From: Octopus vulgaris
Taxonomy: Eukaryota
Direction of reading: 5' to 3'
Assembly: GCA_951406725.2 (NCBI GenBank)
Contig: OX597819.1
Span: forward strand, 806,001-870,000
Length of the DNA stretch: 64,000 bases
The position numbers and the translations under genes were made by a program. Under the pieces are notes generated by a model that saw nothing but the letters and a program-made list of their open reading frames with translations, was not told where the DNA came from and searched no databases. The stretch's first letter is position 1. Every line of letters starts with the position of its first letter. Below, one piece after another: positions 54,609 to 64,000 of this stretch.

Positions 54609-54695
<87 letters not shown>

Positions 54696-54711
54696 TATAT
54701 ATGTATATCAC

Positions 54712-54900
54712 CATCGTCGTCATTGTCGTCATCATCATTTAATTTCTCTGTTCCATGCTGGCATGGGTTGGATGGTTTTACAGGAATCAATGTGTCCAAG
54801 GACTGCTGCGTGCTCCAATGTCTGATTTGGTATAATGTTTATGGTTGGACACCCTTCTTAACACCAACCGCTTAACAACATGGACTGGGTGCTTTTTCCA
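54712..54900 (-). mobile_element. RTE-tail SINE fragment
   Basis: Reverse complement of the RTE 3' tail; similar pieces at about 41880, 48610 and 62490. Confidence 0.65.
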
Positions 54901-56184
54901 TAATACCTACACTATTATATGACAGTCTTTTTTCAGTTTTTGTTTGTGGAATTCACTCACAAGGCTTTGGTCAGTCTGGGACTATTGTAGAAGGCACTTG
55001 CCCAAGGTGTCACACTATGAGACTGAACCCAGAACCATGTGGATGGGAAACAAACTTTTTACAACAAAAAATTTCTTAACCTTATTCCTAATTGCATATT
55101 GACAAAGCATCATTAATTAATAGAGGTTTGTTCATAAGACAGCTTTTGATAACTTGAGTAAGGTTTTGCAAAAAAAAAGAAATTGAAGTTTGTGATTTGA
55201 TCTGAACCATTATTTGATTAGAAACATATTGATCATTGATTAAATAGAGTATGTTGTAAGCAGAAAGTCAAGCAGCATAAACGAAACAACAAATGACGCT
55301 TCTCTAAAGGTTAGAAGATAGTAGTGATATCAATAACACAAGCTGCAACATTCTGGCAAGAGTAAAAAAAAAAGAAAAAAAAAGAAAAAAAAGAAGCCCT
55401 GTAAATTGAGTTCATCAAAACATAGTATAAAGCTCATGAAATGAACAGCATTTTTCTTGGACTGTTTCCAATGACTTCTGTGTTCAATGTATAGAAAGGG
55501 TATTTATTGATTAGCATCCACCTAATATGTGGTTTTCTACTACCACAATGTCAAATACCAAGATTTACTATAAAAGAAGAAAATTTAAGCTGCATAAACT
55601 GAAATTACTAAAGAGGGAGAAGAATTGAATTTTTATAAAAGTTTTATGTATACTTCTATGCAATGTTTATATATACTTTTATGGATTTTTATGTACACTT
55701 TTATAAGGTGCAGACTTGGTCGTGGGATTAAGAAGCTTACGTTCCAAAGCATGTGGTCGTGGGGCAAATGTCTTCTACTATTGCCCCATGCAGATCAAAG
55801 CATTATGAGTAGACTTGGTTGATGAAAACTAAAAGCAGCCCATCATGTGTGTACCTGTGTGTGTGTGCATGTGCATGTGCATGTGTGTGTGTGTGTGTGT
55901 GTGTATACATATGTTTACATATATTCTTTTATTCTTTTACTTGTTTCAGTCATTAGACTCTGGCCATGCTGGGGCTCTGCCTTGAACTTTTAATCAAATG
56001 AATCAACCCCAGTACTTACATTTTCCTTTTAAGCCTGGTACTTATTTTCTTGCTTCCTTTTGCTGAACCACTAACTTACAGGGATGTAAACACACCAGCA
56101 CCAGTTGTCAAGTGGTAGTGGGTTGTGGTGGTGGGGGGACACAAACATTGACACAAAGGCACACACACAGATATATATACATAT

Positions 56185-56585
56185 ACAGGGTGGACCTGAA
56201 TGACTTGGAGGGATCATTGTCAATCATGGCCTGAATCTCACCAGCAAATTTAGGAGTTCTTTTCTTATCAGAACAATTGGAATGAGTTCTCCGAGCTGCT
56301 GTACCTTCATAATCACCATTAAATTCATCCAACTCTGAATTCTCTACACTGACAACCAAGCACTCTGAAATGCTTGTATTGGAGCTTCAGGAGTGAATGC
56401 CAAGCAGTAGAGCATGTCATTTCCAAATTTCTGGCAGAGTGAATGGCATCATTATGCTGGTTTTCTCACAGATGGAGCCCAACTGACCCTACTATACTGT
56501 CTAGTCAACAAAATCAAAAACAGACGATGCACATGCACAAAATAAAAAATATAAAATGGTGACATTTTACCCATTGTACCCTGTT
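56185..56585 (-). mobile_element. maT-like non-autonomous fragment
   Basis: KRTPKFAGEIQAMIDNDPSKSFRS HTH region; homologous to 13370-13612. Confidence 0.7.
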
Positions 56586-56591
56586 TATATG

Positions 56592-56631
<40 letters not shown>

Positions 56632-56917
56632 CACATACAACAAGCTTCTTTCAGTTTGCATCTACCAAATCCATTCTCAAGGCCTTGATTGATCTGAGGC
56701 TATAGTAGTAAACACTTGCCTAAGGTGCCACATTGTGACTGAACCTGGAACCATGTGGTTGGGAAGTAAGCTTCTTACCACACAGATATTGATGCAAGCA
56801 TACATATACATATATATGTATATATATATGTATGTATATATATATGTATGTATATATATATATATATATACATATATACATATATATATGTACATATATG
56901 TATCTATGTATGTATAT

Positions 56918-57215
56918 ATGGGGGTTGGACAAAATAATGGAAACACCTTAAAATTTCAAACAAATTTATTTTAATATGGGGTAGGACCGCTTTTGGCAGT
57001 AATTACAACTTGAATTCTATGAGGTATGGACTCATACAAAGTTTGAATTGTTTCCAAAGGAATTTTGGTCCATTCTTCAGCTAAAACAGTCTCTAGTTCT
57101 TGTAGTGATGATGGTAGAGGATATCGACTCCTTATTTGTTTTTCTAAAATGCACCATAAATGTTCAATAATATTGAGATCTGTGGACTGTGGTGGCCAGA
57201 TAAGATGTTCAACTT
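56918..57215 (-). mobile_element. Tc1 transposon 3' fragment
   Basis: WPPQSTDLNIIEHLW..SIPHRIQVVITAKSGPTPY* followed by a TIR-like end and TA. Confidence 0.85.
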
Positions 57216-58267
57216 CACACACACATACACACATATATAAATATATCATGATGATGATGATGATGATATATGTATGTGCATGTGTGTGCATGTGTGTGTG
57301 TGTATATGAATATGAGTCTCTTTTGTTTATGCGCATCAAAGAAAAGTCTATTTTTATATTTGCATTTTGAGATGATATAGCGAAGAAATGATTATGCAAT
57401 TCCTGGCTTTTCTGAGTTGCATACTTTTTTTGTTTTTGATATTTTTGATTTTTCAAATTGTCTGTTCTATTTATATTGTCTTACTAAAATCCTTATCATT
57501 CTTGTAATTTTCCACAAACTGTTTCAGGTTACTAACTTGATCAAAACATTTTACATCAACAACTTCTCTCTGCTTATTAATCAAATATCAAACACATAGT
57601 TCCCAATCAATCCAGAGAGATGTTTCATTCAAGGTTGTTTGAAGCAAGAAAATATCTATTGGTTTCATTCATTTCTCAATAGGCATCTGTCAAATACATA
57701 AACTATTTCAGTATAAATCTTGTTACTCTCTTTCTCCTTTCCTTCTTTACATTTCTGAGTAAGTAATCCATTAATTTTCAAAGGCATAAACTTCTGACTG
57801 TTGATTTTCTGCAAGCATTTTATAAACAGATTCTAAATTAGTCAACACATAATTACATCATAATTACTTTCCTTTTCAGTGTGTGTTTGAAATACTTTAA
57901 ATAATGCAGGCACTTGCTAAAGATAAATCTCATTCATTTCATTCGCAAAGAATTTTTTAAATTACTGTGAATTGTGATAGAAAGAAGAGCATCAGAGCAG
58001 GAAATCGCTGCATCAGCCTGCAATGTGAGACCACATTAACAGCTAACAAGTCTTACTATTTATTCAACTTCAACATAATCACAATATTCCTGGAGCATCT
58101 CATTTCAAATTGTGCAGGCATGAATATATTGATAAATTTTTACAGATAATTTTTTCAATATCAGTATCCATTATTTCTGATGCGTGATAGACTCAATTAT
58201 CTAAAATATATGCTGGGCAACTCACTCTAATAAAATTATCACTTTTAAAACATTTCCTTCAATATTA

Positions 58268-58640
58268 AGGTGTAGGTATAGCTGTGTGACCGAAAAGCTT
58301 ACTTCCCAACCATGTTGTCTTGGGTTCAGTCCCACTGGGTGGCATCCTAGGCAAGTGTCTTTTACTACGGTGTCAGGCCATCTTGTGAGTGGATTTGGTA
58401 AACTGAAATTGAAAGAAACTTATCATATATATGTGTGTGTGTATGTCTCTCTGTGTTTGTCCCAATTACTACTTGACAACTGGTGTTATTTCCCTTGTGT
58501 CAGCAGTTTGGCAAAAGAGATAGATAAAGTAATAAGCTTAAAAAAAATAAGTACTAAGGTTGATATGTTTGACTAAACTCTTCAGCATGGTACCTCAACA
58601 TGACTGCATTCCAATGACTGAAACAAGTAAAGGATAAAAT
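58268..58640 (+). mobile_element. SINE family A, near full length
   Basis: tRNA-like head, GGCAAGTGTC, body and TGACTGAAACAAGTAAA tail. Confidence 0.75.
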
Positions 58641-58669
58641 TTGCAAACACATTTTTATTTTCAATATAC

Positions 58670-59102
58670 TCAAGTCTTCTAAATATTGCATTGCAGTCAG
58701 TACTTGTCAGTACCATTAACTTAAACAAGTATCAAGGGAAGTGGGGTCACCAAAGAAATGGTAAATGGTTTATGGCAGAAAAGAAATCACTTTAAACTTG
58801 CAAAAATAATATTCAGGATGCCTTACCTCTACTAAATAGAGAAGCAGATGTGTTATGTCAGATTGATTTTGAGGATCTGATTGAAGACTTTGCAATTAAA
58901 AAAAATAGAAAACTTCTCAAATATAAATAAAGTTGAAATATACAAAAATAGACATTATTTTCCATTTTACTGTTAGTTCAGTTTCATTTTGAAAAAATTA
59001 AAATTTATTTTATGGTTTATTATTGTTTATATTTTGAATTACATATGTATGAGGGCATCAAAATAAGCGCTTAGGACCACCATGGGTTTTGATCCAGCCC
59101 TG
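58670..59102 (+). mobile_element. hAT 3' end remnant
   Basis: + frame LNREADVLCQIDFEDLIEDFAIKKNRK; TIR-like GATCCAGCCCTG at the end. Confidence 0.55.
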
Positions 59103-60161
59103 ATAGCAGTTGTCACAAATTTTTCAGAAAGACCATTTTTCCTAAGGTTTCCTTTACATAATTTGTGATTGTGTCTATAGTCTCATTTAGTGCATTCTTC
59201 CCAAAACATGAATCAGTTTCAACAGCAAACCATAATTCTTTCAAAATACCAAAGTAGTTTTATTGAATTCTAATTACTTTTTGTGAAGCAATTCCATAGA
59301 ATGCTATCTTATTTTCTTCAAGAAATTTCAAAGCATCTTTAACAGATGCTTTTGTTGGAGAAATATAAAATTTCTTTGCCGCATCAGAATCAGAGAAAGT
59401 CTTTTCAACCAAAGCAGAGGAAGAGTACATGGACATGAAGCTATTGTTAGTGCAATGTAGAAGTACTTTCAGCAACAATAATATTATCAGTTTTACTACT
59501 TTGTGTGACAAAAAATATATCAGTTTCCTCGATGATCCCACACCACGAACGAGGAAGGACACTGGAGTCTGTTGAGATTTTTGAGAAACAAAATTTTATT
59601 CTTTTTGTACACAAAAAAATTGATGTTGTTGTTTCTATGTTTCTATGAATGGCAAAATGTTGAGAGTTTTGAATGTTATTGTTCTGGGTGTAGTTATAGC
59701 AGCAAATAATGTGTTGTTAGTTGGTTGCCAGCTACTGACTTTGAATGTCATTTGTCCTCCGACTGTTCATTGCCTTTTTGTTGTCAGCTGGTGTCTGTTG
59801 GCCATCTCCTACAATGTCTGTCAATGCTCTCTCTGCTGCATCTTAAAACTCTTTGTCTAGTAGTCATGGTATGTTGAATTTATACTGGTTAATAGGCTCA
59901 GAAGGAAGCCTACCTAAAGATGAGATTGTCGTTGGAGCCTATCACATGTGAAGTTGTGATTGGTCAGATTTTGTTGATCACATGGGCAATATTCTAGTGA
60001 ATTGCAGCATTGGCTGATTACAGAATATTCTTGCTACAAACTGCTTTCTTTGAGTTTACATGTGTTTGCAAACTATTAATACCTTTGTTTACACTGTGCA
60101 TCTGATTCACTCTTATCTCTCTTTAAACATGGTAGTTTACTCTGCAACTCTACAGTATGGT

Positions 60162-60397
60162 TAAGGCGACAAGCTGGCAGAAACGTTAGCACACTGGGTG
60201 AAATGCTTAGTGGTATTTCGTCTGCTGTTACGTTCTGAGTTCAAATTCCGCCAAGGTTGACTTTGCCTTTCATCCTTTCGGGGCTGATTAAATAAGTACC
60301 AGTTATGCACTGGGGTCAATATAATCGACTTAATCTGTTTGTCTGTCCTTGTTTGTCCCCTCTGTGTGTAGCCCCTTGTGGGCAGTAAAGAAATAAG
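60162..60397 (+). mobile_element. SINE family B, full length (tRNA head plus Meta-domain-like core)
   Basis: AGCTGGCAGAAACGTTAGC (A box-like), GAGTTCAAATTCC (B box), GACTTTGCCTTTCATCCTTTCGGGG..AATAAGTACC. Confidence 0.8.
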
Positions 60398-61699
60398 TAT
60401 GGAGTGTATAGTACCATTTAATGTTCTGGATAAGTACAACTAATTGTAGCATACGCTATGGCAACAGGTGGCAAATGCACAATAATGAGTAAGATCTAAC
60501 ACAATAACTGTAAGCTGAATGTTGGCCAGACACCAGTTCTCAAACTTCTTTGACTATCACTCCCTTTCTTTTACTAACACTATTTCAATGAGCCCTTGCT
60601 ACAATTTAGCAAAATTAAATACACTGCATGTGTCTTTATATGCATGTATATGTTCCCATCAGTCAGAATGTTTGTCAGAATGCTACATGTGCTGTGACTG
60701 TCATTATTGCATAGACGAAAATACCCACAAATTTTGATAATGTCTTTTAAAGCACACTTCTGTTCATTATTTATAATTTACATGCATTGGAGTATAGATT
60801 TAGTTTTGTTTATTGTTATTCATATTTGGAAGTCTATTATTATGGCTAATGTTGTTATTGTTACAGTTGTTGTCATTATTGTTGTGATAGGGCCTAACAA
60901 GCAGACTAACATCACAGTATTGCAGTAAAAGTTTTATTTGAAGTTAATATCCATACAGGAGATAAAGATTTAAAAAACTGTCTGTTTCTGTTCTCTGCTT
61001 TCAGTCTAGTAGAAAGGGAATGTGTGTGTATCATTGTTGTTTTATGGCTGCTTTCCATCCTTTTATGTTGAACAGGTTGCTGTGGTTTAAACCAGTTCTT
61101 ATTCAGAGATACTGTCCTCATAGACAGGTTGGAAGACCAAGTCCTGCTCATATGTTTCATTTTTGGCTTGGTTTCCACTGCTAAATATTCTGTAAGCAAC
61201 TTTACAGAGTGTACAATGTGCATTTTATTGTATCGCCGGCACTATAAAAGTTTGATCATGTCAAGGACATGACCAAAGAGTCCTTTTGACGCTAAGTAGT
61301 TTTCACTTATTTGCCAACTACCTTACATAATGTACTAAGTGCATTTTATCTTGGCATCAGTACTAGTGAGATTGCCTTGTACTTCCTAAGATTGAAGAAT
61401 TCTCACTCTATGATGGGTTCATTCACTCAAAGTTTTGACTAGGAATGTAAATTGTACAGTGATTGACAACACAAGAGATAGGGTGAATGAGGAAGGGGGT
61501 AAAAGTATGATTGTAGGAATGGAGTGATTGGAGTGAAGGCGTGGTAGAGAGAGAGAGGGGGGTAAGGAGAGCATTTTGTGATATTTGCTAAGAATAAAAT
61601 TTGTATGGTTTTGTTTTGTTAAATAATCCTAATGAACTACATTTAAACCAATTATAGTGATAGTGTAGTCATTTAAGTATTTTATCAACATAGTGGTCA

Positions 61700-62300
61700 A
61701 GAATGTGAAGTATACTTTTGCAGAATTCAGAAATATATCTTAGTGGATGTAGATATAGATCCTCCCTCTCTGCTTATAGATTTTATATGTACAGTTGGTT
61801 ATAGATTTCCAATGTGGCAATCACTGATTCCCTGTGAGAGGTAGAGGAAGAGCAGATGAACATACAAACTTTCAGTTCTTTTGGACAAAGTTTCAATACA
61901 CCCAGAAAGTCAGCACCATACATTAACACAATCAAAGGTGGCAAATAATTTATACTTACTTGTTTTGATTTTTTGTACATTGGCTAAATGCCAAATATTT
62001 GACCATTTAATTAAGCCTCTATAGTGACCTTTATATTTTTTAGGCTTGGTCAAGGCTTCATTAATTTTGTTGAATAATCTCTCACATATTGCCAAAACAT
62101 TTATTTAATCAATATCTAACAAAAACCTTCCAAACCATTGTTTCTGGTTGAAGTAATTAGTAAATGACCAACATTGGTACCCATTTGAATTAGCAGCATT
62201 GTTATTTCAAATTTAGTGTAGCACTTTAATTAATTAGCTTATCTCTAATATTAATTTGTTCTATTTTTACTACCAGGAACCAGCAACTAACGTTCATAAA
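61700..62300 (-). mobile_element. Possible highly decayed LINE RT C-terminus
   Basis: PLIVLMYGADFLG resembles the P.L.YG.E.W motif; weak. Confidence 0.3.
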
Positions 62301-64000
62301 TCCTGAATAAATATGTCTGTCCTTTAATAGTTAATATTGGTCAGACGTTGTTTGTATTTAACAAAAACTAAGGCATAAAACAAAAATAAAGTTTGGCATC
62401 GATCATATGTTGAAAGTTAGCAGAATTAATTGTTTTGTGAAAAGTTCTAAGTTATAACTGAAATAATATTGTTGCTATTGAGAATTCACTATCATCGTCT
62501 TTTACCATCCAGCTGTCATGTTGGCATGGATTGGACAAAACAGTAGGATCTGACAAGTTGGGGGATTGCTTTGTGCTCCAGTGTCTACTTTGGCATGGTT
62601 TCTCTGGCTGAACACTCTTCCTAACACCAACTACTTTACAGAATGTACTAGGTGTATTTTTCATAGCACCAGCATTAGTGAGGTCATCATGTAACTTACA
62701 AGACAAAGAAAAGGGCCCTCGACTAGGTTGGAGTCATAGTAGAGAGGAAGGTGACTTTGTGCCAGGTGTTGAGAGGGTAAAGTATGATATAAGGATTGGC
62801 ACAAGTATCTTACTATAGAGGAGTTACATGGCAATCTTGCATTATATGAGGGTGGGTAGGAGTAGTTAGAAAGAAGATAAAGAAGGTGTCAGAGTATACT
62901 CTACAGGTATTAGAAGGAGACTATACAAGAGAATTCGAAAGGGTAAGTTCAAAAGTGTGTGAGACGAGGGTGACAGTTGGCTGGAGATGAGGACAGAGGA
63001 AAATGAAGTGAATAAAGAACAAGGGAGGAAGCATGGTCAATGGTAAAGTTGAGTTTGAAGGGGAAAGTGATAAAAAGTATTTGTAAATAAATGTAAGATG
63101 GGGAGATGATAAGTGGGAGTGGTGGATCAAGAGAAGTTGGGGGAGGAGAGAGAGTGAAAGATGTAGATTAACAGAGATGAAGGTCAGAGGTACTAAAGGA
63201 TTAATACAGTGAAAAGTTAAAATAATTCAATCACAATGTAAATGCTGTCCTCATTGGTAATGTAACAATTATAAATTCCTTTGAAAGTGTTTCAGCAAAC
63301 CAGATTCCAATGGTTCAAACCAAGTAAAGATTAAAGAACTAAATAGCTCATTTCTTAAACAAACTAAGAATCCTATATTTTATTTTATATGAAGATAACA
63401 AACTAGTCTAGATTTTTTTCTCTTTTATGGTAGTGATTTATTAATTTTCCCAGCTTTTTCTCAGTGAGGTCTTAAGTATAAATCATATCAAATATATTAT
63501 TAATGTTTACCTCAAGATATTTTCACTTAACAATTCCTAACATTATTATAAAAAATTTCAATCTGGCAATATTGCAACATCAATTATTTTCCCTACACCT
63601 TATACAACCAGTTGTAATGAGAAAATATATGCAACATATGTTGATTTAGCTTCATGTCAGTCTTGATTGAGCATATAACCAAATGAGTGCAAACTGTGAA
63701 ATTCCATCTTATAAGACAGTGAATTTAGGACTGTATTAGCCAATGTAGTCCTTCAATTTCCTTTTTAAAAGTATTAGAGTGCAATTTGGAGATTTAGTTG
63801 CTATTTCTAGCAAGTTGAGCACTTTGCAGTTACATGATTTGGGCTTCAATTCTATTGTGTGATATCTTTGGTGTCTTTTACTTGGATTGGCCAAGGTTTT
63901 GTCAGACTATATGGGAACCTGTTTGAAGACCACTCCTATTCTTGCAGGGTAGCTTTAATCCATTGTCTTTTTTAACTCCATCTCCTGGCCCTGGGGCACC

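Noticed and set aside
53749-54825. Two ORFs sharing MVSASSGNYLPLQVKD..
   Set aside because: They result from the inverted repeat, start at GTG, run into (TA)n and show no domain; the unit is better explained as structured RNA.
59260-59860. 100-aa minus-strand ORF and a purine-rich upstream stretch
   Set aside because: May be a decayed LINE ORF1, but there is no recognisable motif.
60162-60260. tRNA gene
   Set aside because: A/B-box-like head of a SINE; no complete cloverleaf.

Overview
Eukaryotic, AT-rich, almost entirely repeat-derived DNA with no host protein-coding exon I can support, so probably intronic or intergenic. The SINE, RTE and microsatellite repertoire looks like an Octopus (cephalopod) genome; this is recalled from the repeat sequences and not verified. 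Contents: a 5'-truncated RTE LINE with an open RT ORF, a second RTE with C2H2 fingers, R4/Dong-type restriction-like-endonuclease LINE ends in a multi-kb (TAA)n/(GAT)n array, a CR1-like remnant, a Penelope-like (PLE) GIY-YIG remnant, decayed mariner, maT, Tc1 and hAT transposons (one hAT with TIRs and an 8-bp TSD), a non-autonomous Helitron, a solo LTR, MITEs and many SINEs. The main unexpected signal is about a dozen type I hammerhead ribozyme motifs, mostly inside (TA)n tracts. Three of these loci (about 9.6, 42.5 and 53.9 kb) are non-coding 320-360 nt units present as more than one monomer; the 53.9 kb locus holds two differently permuted copies. They are divergent in sequence but share hammerhead architecture and downstream motifs, which fits a retrozyme-like (self-cleaving circular RNA retroelement) family. 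All folds were paired by eye. Coordinates of decayed elements are approximate.
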